Below, in pieces: positions 28,918-41,331 of a stretch of DNA of 64,000 nucleotides. The notes beneath the pieces were generated by a model. The model saw only the letters and a program-made list of their open reading frames with translations, did no database searches and had not been told where the DNA came from. Numbering within the stretch: the first letter of the stretch is position 1; each line of letters starts with the position of its first letter. A program made the translations under genes and the position numbers. The DNA is taken from the NCBI GenBank assembly GCA_951406725.2, contig OX597829.1, positions 6,262,001 to 6,326,000 on the forward strand. Direction: 5' to 3'. The stretch comes from Octopus vulgaris. Its lineage: Eukaryota.

Positions 28918-29388
28918 GCAGAAAGTAGACGATAAATCGTCTCACCACTAAAATGTCACAAAGTTGCACTCGTGTTGAAATGGAAGCAGCAAGCTAACGG
29001 AGATTAATAACAATATAGAAAGCCCTGGATTAGCTAATTCCTGGCTTTACCCAGTGGCTTTTTCTTCTTCAGCAGAGCACACAATGCATATGCGACCGAA
29101 TACACATGTTGCTGAGGCGAGCTGCTAAATTTGTTGTCATAGGTATCTAGTGTATTGATATGTATTTGTGGCTTTGCGTTTTGCTTTCCTGTGGGTATGT
29201 ATAAGTATCTAATTTCCTGTATGTGTGCTCTGCTGAAGAAGGAAAAGCAATTCGGCAAATCCAGAAAGTAGCTAATCCTGGGCTATCTAAACTGTTATTA
29301 GTTTCCGTTAGCTTGCTGCTTCTATTTCAACTCGTGTGTAACTTTATGACTTTTAAAGTGGTGTGACGATTTAGCGTCTAGTTTCAGC
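28918..29388. repeat. Fold-back element with ~165-bp diverged inverted arms
   Basis: 28918-29083 pairs with 29222-29388 (e.g. gaagcagcaagctaacgga / tccgttagcttgctgcttc; ttcttcagcagagcacaca / tgtgtgctctgctgaagaa). Confidence 0.88.
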
Positions 29389-29579
29389 ATATAGGCAACA
29401 CAATTCCTTTCTATTCCCTTTATTATATATATATTATACACACACACATACATACGTATATATATGTAACTTACCTGGAAAATTATGTGTGGCGTTCGAT
29501 CATATAATAATATAAATAATATATAAATATATCCATATATACATACATATATGTACATACCTACATATATATGTATATA

Positions 29580-29810
29580 TACACATGCATATATGGGTAC
29601 AGGACATTAAAAAAAACGTCGAACACAATGAGAAACGAAAACATAAAAACAAAAACATAGAAACTCACTTTTTTCGAACAACGAAAAAAAAACACACAGA
29701 GAAACGAGACATAAAACATAAAGACTATTCCCCTTCTTCAGTTGTCCTTGTTTCATCTACTCCGCGTTTCATCTACTCCGCAAGGACAACACGCGACTTC
29801 GTTGAAACAA
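29580..29810 (-). repeat. Dispersed repeat shared with 31860-32060
   Basis: Minus gaaacg..agtagatgaaac...actgaagaagggg...tgttcgacgt..ttt..tgtcctgtac matches plus 31870-32025. Confidence 0.65.
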
Positions 29811-29834
29811 TATTTATGTATCTATATATGTATA

Positions 29835-29944
29835 CTCTTTTACTCTTTTTTACTCATTTTTTGACACTACCTTTAATCGAGAACTCGACCCGGACTTCTT
29901 AGTAACCAGTACTTATTCTATCGGTCTCTTTCCAACCTAATAAC

Positions 29945-29992
<48 letters not shown>

Positions 29993-30143
29993 TACGACGG
30001 GCTTCTTTCAGTTTCCGTCTACCAAATCCACTCACAAGGCTTTGGTCGGCCCGAGGCTATAGTAGAAGACACCTGCCCAAGGTGCCACGCAGTGGGACTG
30101 AACCTGGAACCATCTGGTTGGTAAACAAGCTACTTACCGCACC
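29835..30143 (-). mobile_element. SINE family B (internally deleted)
   Basis: gacgggcttctttcagtttccgtctaccaaatccactcacaagg...cccaaggtgccacgcagtgggactgaacc. Confidence 0.88.
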
Positions 30144-30389
30144 TACATGTATGTATGTATGTATGTATGTATGTATGTATGTGTGCGTGTGCGTGCGCGT
30201 GCGCGTGCGCGTGCGCGTGTGTATAAAATGGAAGAAATTGGACTCAAGAAGAAGGAGTACGGTTGGACATTTATTTATTATTCGTTACAGTTGTTTCGGC
30301 GCAACGTAATTCTCCAAGAATACAAATATTTGATTATGCAGCTGTTTGCCTAATGTCTAATAATAGTATCATGAATAATAACTAATATT

Positions 30390-30600
30390 CTTTTCTACTG
30401 TAGGCACAAAGCCCGAAATTTTGGGGGAGAGGACCAGTCGATTAAATCGACTCCAGCACACAACTGTTGCTTAATTTATCGACCTCGAAAGGATGAAAGG
30501 TAAAGTCGACATCAGCGGAATTTGAACTCAGAACGTAAAGACAGACGAAATACCGCTAAGCATTTCGCCCGGCGTGCTAACGATTCTGCCAGCTCGCCGC
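30390..30600 (-). mobile_element. SINE family A
   Basis: ttaatttatcgacctcgaaaggatgaaagg...ggaatttgaactc...gccagctcgccgc. Confidence 0.9.
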
Positions 30601-31132
30601 TTTGAAGAAGAACAAATAATAATTCAGTAAACAGCCAGTCAGATTGTGCTTGTCTCCGTATTAATATGCATGGGTGCCCACTCACGTATCTACAGTCCAT
30701 GAAAATATATGCATGTCTGAGTGTATATGTGTATGTGTGTCTACGCGTGAGTGCATGTTTTATGTATGATTTGCAGACTATGGATATGCCTTGATTAACG
30801 GTGCATGTATATTCATAAACGCGTATATCTATGCAGATATAATTTTATATTTTTGTGCGTGTGCCTATGTTTCTATGCGTATGTATGCATATGAGTGTCT
30901 GGGTGAAAATATAAAGATATATTTATGGATATATATTTATAAATGTATTGGTGCATGTCTGTGTATATATGTGTATAATTTTATGAACTTATATATCTAC
31001 GGGTATCTATATATGAATTTCTTTAAGTAGATGTGCGGATTTATATATCTATATGTGTGTGTATGTGTGTGTGTGTGGGGATTGATCGTGTGGGAGTCAG
31101 TACGCACAGTTGGAGATATGTAGAAAGATATG

Positions 31133-31163
<31 letters not shown>

Positions 31164-31181
31164 TAATATATATATATATAT

Positions 31182-31320
31182 TAGTTATCGCCATACTAAT
31201 ATGGCATTCTTATAAAAATAAGAATAAAGCTGTCCGCTTATTAGCTCCATGAGGCCATCGCCTTAAGTTAGCTATTTGATACACAAACTGTATCCATATA
31301 ACCTTCGAACAAGGGAGGTC
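31182..31320. repeat. Dispersed repeat related to 52018-52161 and 53686-53885 (probable PLE pLTR)
   Basis: agttatcgcca..ctaa.atggc...attagctcca...gccatcgcct...agctat...aaccttcgaa...gggagg is shared with 53745-53885. Confidence 0.6.
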
Positions 31321-32214
31321 TTTTAGAGAGACTTAGTAATTTTAATATTTCTCTGCATCTTTCTTTCTTTCTCTCCCATTCCCTTTTTTCGTCTTTTTTC
31401 CCTCACTTAACTTGTCTCTTCCTCTCTCTCTCCCCCTCACTGTTCTTCATGGTCTCCTCGCACCATTCCCCTTCTTCTCTCTCTTCCTCTTGCTCCTCCT
31501 CCCCATTCCCGTCGTCCATCTGCGACGTACTTCCGTCGTAACTGCTATCCCGTCCTTTCTCGCCTGCCTTCTAAGGCCACTGGTCGACATCTTCCTCTCT
31601 CGTCGTCCACTATAATCCAGCGTTTGCAATACTTTTTTCGTCTGGCGTTAACAGCCCTTCTTATCTTGTTCTCCTTGTCCTGTCTCTCACTGTTATATAT
31701 TTATTTTTCCACTGTTTATATATATATTTTTTACTGTTTATATGTTTGTACTGTCGTTACCGTCTTGCTTTTTTTACCCCTCTGCGACAAGATCTCAGAA
31801 TTTTAATTGATTTGCTTTTCGCAGGAAGGAATTTTTCATTCGAAGTATACGTCTCGCTTTTATCCTTCGAAACGTTTAGTAGATGAAACTTTAGCGACTG
31901 AAGAAGGGGATTTTTCGTTGTGCTTATTGTCCTGTATCTCCTTTTTTTGCCTGTCTTGTTCCTTGGTTTGTGTCTATGTTTTTCGTCTCTCTATGTGTTC
32001 GACGTCTTTTTGGTGTCCTGTACACATATATGCGTGTATATGTACATGTAGAGGTAGGTACGTACATATATGTTTATATATATGCATATATTTTATTAAC
32101 ATATATATATATATATATAATTATAGGCAAGAAAAAATTGTAAAAATGTAGAATGCTAAATTGAAAGAAAATTTTAATGAAATGAGAAATTGATAAAATT
32201 TATAAATATATATT

Positions 32215-32255
32215 AATTCAACCGGTTTTCGTCATAATGTGACTTTTCAAGGATT
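32215..32255 (-). ncRNA. Minimal hammerhead-like motif (U3-A8 variant, degenerate)
   Basis: Minus: AATCC-TTGAAAA-GTCA-catta-TGAC-GAAA(A)-CCGG-TT-GAATT. Confidence 0.6.
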
Positions 32256-32286
32256 GTAAAAAAAATTTTTTTTTTTTTTAGATAAT

Positions 32287-32366
<80 letters not shown>

Positions 32367-32408
32367 TATGTATATATATATATATACATGCATATATATA
32401 TATATATA

Positions 32409-32449
<41 letters not shown>

Positions 32450-32937
32450 GCATATATATGTGCATGTGTGTGTGAGTAAGTGTTTACACACTTATTTGCA
32501 CACTCGCTATATATATGAACAAGACAAAGTGATAGTTTAGTTAATTAGCTGTATGTAGGTGCTTATGTATGTATGTATGCATGCATGTACGTATGCATGT
32601 ATATATAGATATAGATAGATAGATAGATAGATACATACATACATACATACATACATACATACATACATACATAAATACCTACATACATACATACTTAGAT
32701 TTCAATACGGAGCAATAATTCTGGAGAAAGTATATTTGCGATGACATCATTGACTCTGCTGTTATCTAGTGTAACAAGTTTTCACTTTTATTTCCAGCAG
32801 GTAGACATACTTAGTATGTCCTTTGATTAATTTTAATCCTTCAGACATTTAATGCTTTTTTGGAGCCTGCAATCACCTATATTATTGATTCTGTTATTAT
32901 CATTTGTAATTGTTGCACAAAAAAAAATTGAGTCAAC

Positions 32938-33109
32938 AGGCGTAGGAGTGTCTGTGTGGTAAGTAGCTTGCTTACGAACCACATGGCCCCGGGTTCAGTC
33001 TCACTACGTGGCACGTTCGGCAAGTGTCTTCTGCTATAGCCTCGGGCTGACCAAAGCCTTGTGAGTGGATTTGGTAGACGGAAACTGAAAGAAGATTGTT
33101 GTATATATG

Positions 33110-33140
<31 letters not shown>

Positions 33141-33355
33141 CTGTGTTTGCGTCTGTGTTTGTCCCCCCAACATCGCTTGGCAACCGATGCTGGTGTGTTT
33201 ACGCCCCCGTAATTTAGCGGTTCGGCAAAAGAGACCGATAGAATAAGTATTAGGCTTACAAAGAATAAGTCCTGAGGTCGATTTGCTAGACTAAAAAGGC
33301 GGTGCTCCAGCATGGCTACAGTCAAGTGACTGAATCAAGTAAAAGAGTAAAAGAG
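32938..33355 (+). mobile_element. Full-length SINE family B
   Basis: tRNA-like head (tgtgtggtaag...gggttcagtc), CORE-like ggcaagtgtctt, internal (TA)/(TG), tail ggcggtgctccagcatgg...gtaaaagagtaaaagag. Confidence 0.92.
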
Positions 33356-33371
33356 ATTAATATCTTCATAG

Positions 33372-33519
33372 ATATTTTTTCTTCCGAAGTATTTGCTCTG
33401 TATTGAAATCATTTTCACTCTGGTGGCCTACATGATTCAGCACAAAACGAATCAGTCTCAGCACAGACTCCAACGTGACGGGTTGGGGATCTCCACCTTG
33501 GCAATGCGTGCTGAGGAAG
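33372..33519 (+). other. Candidate host exon (unassigned)
   Basis: ttcatag acceptor, 49 open codons (IFFLPKY...[11 protein letters not shown]), strong donor AAG|GTGAGT at 33520, non-repetitive sequence. No recognisable homology. Confidence 0.3.
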
Positions 33520-33661
33520 GTGAGTACAAATACTTGAATGTATGCTAAGATTCTCTTAGCTCGTTTGTCTACAGACGGTTGATTTCTGTAGTTATTATCA
33601 GTGTATTTTAGAGATTTAAAAAAGTTTTGACCGTTATACATAGTATGTTCTTTGTTTAATT

Positions 33662-33784
<123 letters not shown>

Positions 33785-34133
33785 TATAACTGTATAAATG
33801 TATGTTGATCGGTGTACACATATCTGTACGAACATGTATTATATTTATGTATCTATATGTGAGTGTATGTATGTGTGAATATGTACATAGGTTTGTGCGC
33901 GAGTCTGTGTGAGTCTGAGTGTATGCGTGAGTCTGTGAGTATGCATCCGACCACTGAATACTAAAGTTCAAATTAAGAAACTCACATGTGTAGCCATCCA
34001 TGAAGAACAGATCAGAAATACAACCAAATAGAAGACCAATCCCATGTAAATGCCAGCAAGTACCATCTACTACGATTCATAGCAGTCCGACATACGCGCT
34101 CTGGAAGCACACACCATGGGTCTATTGCGCCTC

Positions 34134-34233
<100 letters not shown>

Positions 34234-34511
34234 CAACAATTGAGGGTAAAATTAATTAATTATTAATCAATTTCACCAAGTATTCAGTATGTAAAGGGAC
34301 CATTTAAGGCGAATTCAAATTATTACATTATATAAAAGGGCTTAATAATGAATAAATGCTCAACCGTAATCATTGTTCTTGACTCCTATTGCTTCAATTT
34401 TATATTCACTCTCGACGAAATTATAATTTGGAAGTATATAATAATACAACTGATAGTACTGGGTAATTCTGAAGGTGGACGAGCCTTATACTGTACTTAC
34501 TGAATATAATA

Positions 34512-34565
<54 letters not shown>

Positions 34566-35314
34566 GCATTCTAGCGGCATAAAACGTAGCTATATATATA
34601 TATATATTTTGATATATATATATATAGTTGAGAATGGAACAAAAATAAGGTTATAGGCATGAATATAGAATTACGCTGATAGACACACATTTGAGAATGG
34701 CTTTGTTTCATTGGTCCTCTTTACTAACGGTCTTTTCAATAACATGATCTATGAAACTACAATTACGATTTAAAATCATATTATAATAAAAATCAAAGAA
34801 CATCTTAAATCACAAATTACCTTGAATAGTAGGAAAAATATCTGTATACTCAGGCAAATTAACTAATGGATAAATAAATTTTCAAAAGATATGTCCTTTT
34901 AAAATAAAATCATTTACCAAGAACTAACATCATAAAAACAAATATACATTTAGTAATACATAGGCATACCCCCAAAACCTATATATACATATATACATTA
35001 AACATACATACGTTGGTACATGCCTACATACATATACAAACAAATACAGGCAAAACACATATATATACTAATGCAGGCATCCACGTACATATATATACAC
35101 ACATAATACTTCTCCATATCTATTTAAAATATACAACTTAATTGTTACAAGCTAGAGAGAGAAAATGGAAAGGAAATCAGAGAATATTAAGTGGTGGGAG
35201 AAAGAAAATTAGAAACCGTAAGAGAAAAATACAGAGAAAGAAATTATTTGTAAATTGGTGTTGCCCAAATGCATCTAACAAATGTTAGATATTTCAGTAA
35301 CCAGTATATATCTA

Positions 35315-35709
35315 TATTGTTGTATTTAGGAATGGTCATTTTGCCAGTTTAGCCAATAAAAACACACGCAGTATATATTTGGTGTTACTTTGCTTCAGTG
35401 TTATTTATTTTTTACATTAATCTTAATCTTATTTCTATCAGAGTTCTTTCGTCACACTCCTGTGACCGCATCAGTGGTCCTTTGCTTTCTTCTTTCTTAT
35501 TTGTGTGTCTCTCCTTACTATCCGTCAGCCATTTTGTAATTCTATTGCATGTGTCTTTATTTGCGCATGCGTATATCTCTATGTGCGTCTATGTTTAGTT
35601 AGTGCATGTGGGGGGATGCCTGTAATATTTGTATCTCCTGTTGATATACGTTCGTGTAATTTGTTTTTGTTTTTATTTATGCTTATTTTGGTCATGTGTT
35701 TACACCCAC

Positions 35710-35749
<40 letters not shown>

Positions 35750-35828
35750 GTATGAATGTATGTATAACAACAACAACAACAACAATAACAACAACAACAA
35801 CAACAACAACAACAGCAACAACAACAAC

Positions 35829-35863
<35 letters not shown>

Positions 35864-36270
35864 TATATAGTTATTTACTTCCATTTGTTTAATTATCTAT
35901 GTATTTTATTTTATTATGTCTTCAGATTTGTTTATATTGTAACCAGTTTATGGGGATCCACTTCTGTCATATGTTGTGGTGTGTTCCATTCCTGTTTCCT
36001 ATTCAGGCTAGGTTTATCCTATATTATGTGTGTAGCTTCCGCAATTTGTCTGACTGTTGCGTATGTTCTATGGGTGGACAAGATTTTAACTTATATATTA
36101 TTGATTGAGCCTCCGTGTTCCTGCTCGGCATGTCGGTACAGAACCGATGAGCTCTTTCCTTCCTTAAATTCTCTCCAATGTTCATTTACCCGCTTTCCTA
36201 TGCTCCGTATATAGTGCGTGTGTTTTCATTGGCTAAACAGGCAAAATGACCATTCCTAAATACAACAATA
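35315..36270. mobile_element. Non-autonomous element with 63-bp terminal inverted repeats and an internal hammerhead variant (probable PLE derivative)
   Basis: 35315-35377 vs reverse complement of 36208-36270: 60/63 identical; HHR-like motif at 35437-35478. Confidence 0.8.
35437..35478 (-). ncRNA. Hammerhead-like motif with A9C core variant
   Basis: Minus: ACCA-CTGATGC-g-GTCAC-aggagt-GTGAC-GAAA-GAAC-TC-TGAT. Confidence 0.5.
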
Positions 36271-36324
36271 TCTGCTTCAACACACGATTTCACATCAAAA
36301 ATCTTGCAAAACAAATATATAAAA

Positions 36325-36366
<42 letters not shown>

Positions 36367-36419
36367 ATGCTATATATATATATATATATATATATATTTC
36401 TATATCTATATCTATATCT

Positions 36420-36460
<41 letters not shown>

Positions 36461-37427
36461 CATATATTCACATCAAGATACATATGTGCACCATAACGTA
36501 TATATGCATACAGATGTGTTCAAAAACTGTCTGGAGTATAGCATATTAAAATAAGAAAATTGTAAATTAATATAATTAAATATGATATAAATATATAATT
36601 TTTTAAATATATAAATTTGAAATAATAATTCAAAGTCTAAATATGAAAATGAGTAAAAAAAATGGGTAAAAATCTAACCTTGGCAAAATCTAAATTTAAA
36701 TTTGCAAAACAGTCGAAGGTTTTCTCAAAAGTCGAGTGTAAAATATGAAGGCGAAATATGTACCAGCATTGCAATACTGAAAGATGTCTAAATTTTAGGT
36801 GTAAAAGCAAAATTCATATGCGAAAGTCAAAAAATTTTTTCGAAAGTCAAAACTTTTACACATGCGGTATTTTTTCAGTTGATATTTTCAACCTTGTAGC
36901 GTGCCTGCAGGAGTTTGAAAGCTCTTGCCCTTTGGTTCAATGCATGTTTATACTGGTACAGGTTGAAGAGCTTTTCTGAGAGGTAACGATTGCATTTAAT
37001 TGGTCTTCTATATGCTACATGTCTATATGGTGTTGCTTTCTCTAAAGAGAAGTATTATGTGTGTATCGATATAGATATAGATGTGGCTAAGTTTGCGTGT
37101 CTGTGTGAGTATCTGAGCTCACGCGTATTGCCTTCATACATAATGTATCATGAAGCGAAATTTACTACAATAGCTTATAGCACTTAGGATTAAGAATTCC
37201 GCGGAAGAAAATGGTTCAAACAACTCTTCTTCTCTTATAAGTGTTCAGCCTTTGTAAACCCCTTATACTAAAGCTATCTTCTGTCTTCCTTCCAGAATAA
37301 GAAAAAAATTACTCTTTATTATTACCTGCAAGAAAGATCCATGTTTAGAAGTCAAATGTAGAAATATTGAGAAATACATACATAAATGTTTCATAACACA
37401 TGTATACGTGCGAATGCATATATATAT

Positions 37428-37502
<75 letters not shown>

Positions 37503-37504
37503 AT

Positions 37505-37994
37505 AATAGTAAAGTGTGAAAAAACGACAGAAGGCTTAAATGTTAAAAAATATATATATTTGTGTCAAAATGTCTGGAGAATATTGGAAAAATTGTTTTT
37601 CCTTTCCTTAAATGAGACTGAACAAGGAAACATTCTTCATTGAAAAGTACAAACCAGACTCAACCATCCGAACATACTGACACAGAGAAATTAACAAGGA
37701 AATGGGAAAAATTTTTAAGCGATTATCTCCCCTACACCGGAAAAAATCATATACCTCCCCTTATTTAGAAATCTCCTGGAAATAAAAACAACGATAATTC
37801 CATGCAATATAAACATAACGTCACAAGAAATTTGAAAAGCTACACGCGAAACCGGTAATTTCTTTAAAAATTTTAAAATTATGTCATTTTAAGGAAAGGA
37901 AAAAAATTTTTCCAATATTCTCCAGACATTTTGACACAAATATATATATTTTTTAACATTTAAGCCTTCTGTCGTTTTTTCACACTTTACTATT
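37505..37994 (+). mobile_element. 5'-truncated Penelope-like element with inverted terminal segment
   Basis: Arms 37505-37615 and 37884-37994 are near-perfect inverted repeats. The interior encodes RLNKETFFIEKYKP, identical to the GIY-YIG end at 52693-53064, followed by the same 3'UTR. Confidence 0.9.
37825..37864 (+). ncRNA. Minimal type-I hammerhead ribozyme (U3-A8 variant)
   Basis: AAGAAAT-TTGAAAA-GC-tacac-GC-GAAA-CCGG-TA-ATTTCTT: perfect 7-bp stem I, palindromic stem III, GUA site. Confidence 0.8.
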
Positions 37995-38038
37995 TTCTTA
38001 TATATTCACCCACGTGCTTTACCAAACAAACTTTCTTA

Positions 38039-38112
<74 letters not shown>

Positions 38113-38169
38113 TGTGTGTGTATGTGTGTGTGTGTGTGTGTATGCATGCATGCATATATATATATTCCT

Positions 38170-38420
38170 ATTTATCACGTGATCAGATGATATTACATAT
38201 TGCTGGTCGCAATACGTTTTGCATTGTTTTACCCTTCAAACGATGCCACCTCGCTGGGTAAGTGAGAAGGCCAACATTCCCTCCTGATCGAAAGTCGGGA
38301 CTGGACCAATATGTAGTGAAGTGTTTTGCTCAAGAACACAACGTGACACTCAGTCGAGAAATTGAATCCACGATCTAGCGATCATGAATGCAGCAGCCTA
38401 ACAAATAGATCACGTGCCTT
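38170..38420 (-). mobile_element. Degenerate tRNA-derived SINE (another family)
   Basis: Minus: gaaggcacgtgatct...gttagg...ggattcaatt...cgttgtgttcttgagcaaaacacttcac. Confidence 0.6.
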
Positions 38421-38508
38421 CACGTATATATACATTCATATAACTGTATATGAATGGTGGTGTGTATGGTGCGTATACACTTACATGCATGTGCATGCAT
38501 AAATATAC

Positions 38509-38622
<114 letters not shown>

Positions 38623-39114
38623 ACTTGTATTCGTGTAAGTGTATGCACATACACACACACACACATGCACTCAAACGCATACAGATATATGTATGTATAT
38701 ATATATTTGCACACACACACATATATATATATATGTGTGTGTGTGTATATGTGTGTGTATGTGTGTGGGGTGTATGTGTGGGTGTGTGTGTGTGCACAAC
38801 TGTAAGGGCTACTAATAGTTTCACGCTACTATGATACTTGAACAGGCATATTTATAAAATACGGCATGTATCTTAAAGCAATATTTCAGGCTCTGTTTAT
38901 ACGATATATATAATTTTTTAAACAAGGACGCTGGACAGTAAAGATGTAGGAGAAAACGTGAAGTTTGGTGCAAAAAAAGGAAACGAAATCACGGATACTA
39001 TGATTTTCGTCCTCCCTGATTTAAAATGCATCTTTAAATACAACTGGTTTAGAAGAAATTAACAGAAAATATGCTAAATTCGGCGAGACAGCAGCTCAAT
39101 CTTAAGCGAGAGTA

Positions 39115-39160
<46 letters not shown>

Positions 39161-39293
39161 AATATGTATAGGTATACATACACCTGAGTATACATATAAA
39201 CATATATTTGTTTGTATGAATGTAAATACACCTCCCATGCAAGTTACACACGCAACTCATATATATGTAAGCTATATGTACACGCACACACAT

Positions 39294-39324
<31 letters not shown>

Positions 39325-39452
39325 CACGTAAGCAATTTAATCTCTATTTATATTATATATTACTTAATAGTTTAGGTACAGTCTATATATTATTACATTT
39401 TCAAAAATATATTTCGAGAGTCATTTCCGAGTTTTGGCTTATTAGCCTATAC

Positions 39453-39494
39453 CGATGTGATGAAGTTAAGTTAGTCGAAACTTCGGAGTCACTA
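39453..39494 (+). ncRNA. Degenerate hammerhead-like motif
   Basis: GTGATGA-agttaagttagtc-GAAA-CTTCGGAG-TC; near-palindromic stem III, C3G change. Confidence 0.45.
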
Positions 39495-39643
39495 TAACTA
39501 ATTTTTCCATGTAAAAAATTAATATGGACACAATAATCTAACTATATATGTGTTTGTATATGTGAGTGTGTGTGTGTGTGCCTGAGTGTGTGCGTCTCTG
39601 TGTATTTGCGTACCTGTGTTTATATGTATATGTGTATATATAC

Positions 39644-39712
<69 letters not shown>

Positions 39713-39762
39713 CTATTCATATATATATATATACACATACATACATATATACACATACATAC

Positions 39763-39844
<82 letters not shown>

Positions 39845-40801
39845 CCAGTAACACTTCTAGCAAAGCAAATGTAAAAAGCGGTGATATAAAAGAAAGTTGA
39901 CAATCAAACTACAATGGCGAACAATAGCGATAAATCCAAGTATTTAATGTTCAAGCAATGCATATGTGGGACATTTAATGTTCTTGATACGGATCACTCT
40001 TGACTTGAGCAGGCTGTGTGTATTTTCTTGTCACTTGAAAAAAATAGCCGAGGATTTACGGTTTTTGACACTTCGGTATTGACATTGTGAACGTTCATAT
40101 TTCCGTTTAGTAAAAGTTAAAATAAAAAGGAATACTATCATTGGGTGATAGAAAAGAAAGTAAAACAAAAAGGAAAACAAGAAAAGATTAGTACAGAATT
40201 TGAAATAAATACATAAAAAAGAATAGAAAATATTGAATAAAAGCCTAAAAGCAAAGCAAACCCTGTCATTTAAAATCGCCTTTTGTAGCACTGGTTTTCT
40301 GTTTGGGAAGTTAAATAAATATATAAATTTTTAAGCTTTTCGATTATATATGCATACGGATATCTAAAAATACATACGTATATACATACCTGAATTCATG
40401 CAAACATATATACATCCATGTATGTATATATGTATGTATGTACGAATGTATGTATGTATCTATCTATATACCTATCTATATATTTATATCTATATACACC
40501 TATATATATGTATATATATGTATATATATGTATATATATATGTATATATATATGTGTATATATATATATATATATCTATATTTGTGCATATGTGTGTATA
40601 CACACATACATATATGTATGTGTGTATATATATATGTATATAAAAAGTGAAAGAGAAATATGTGTACATACATATATTTTGTATACATATGTACTATACT
40701 TAGACAAGCAGATACATTCAAATAACAACACGTTACTTACATATAAATATACAGACATACATACGCACATACATACATACATACATACATACATACATAC
40801 A

Positions 40802-40861
<60 letters not shown>

Positions 40862-40920
40862 AACAGAATGAGATAAAAATCAAAGTTTGTGAATAGTTTT
40901 CAGAACATTTATAAAGAGAA

Positions 40921-40970
40921 GGTCTTACAGCTGTTTCCGGGATATTTTATATATCCCTTCATCAGAGACC
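40921..40970 (-). ncRNA. Minimal type-I hammerhead ribozyme with canonical core
   Basis: Minus: GGTCT-CTGATGA-a-GGGATAT-ataaa-ATATCCC-g-GAAA-CAGCTG-TA-AGACC; 5-bp stem I, 7-bp stem II, palindromic CAGCTG, GUA site. Confidence 0.9.
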
Positions 40971-41051
40971 GTACGAAAAAATGTTTCAGTAATAGTTATT
41001 ATAGGGAAGATATGTAATACAGAGTGAAGTGGAGGAATGAAAACAGACGTG

Positions 41052-41052
41052 A

Positions 41053-41146
<94 letters not shown>

Positions 41147-41147
41147 A

Positions 41148-41214
<67 letters not shown>

Positions 41215-41252
41215 ACTATCTGTTTATCTATCTCTATATCTCTCTCTATCTG

Positions 41253-41330
<78 letters not shown>
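41052..41330. repeat. (CTAT)n(CT)n(CA)n(TA)n compound microsatellite
   Basis: Directly visible. Confidence 0.97.

Positions 41331-41331
<1 letters not shown>

Noticed and set aside
31860-31915. GAAAC...CTGAAGA as a type-II hammerhead
   Set aside because: Stems I and III do not pair convincingly and the stem II register is off; kept only as a dispersed repeat.
33475-33489. VTGWG trypsin-like motif
   Set aside because: The frame has a stop at 33433 and no other serine-protease motifs or exons were found; likely chance.
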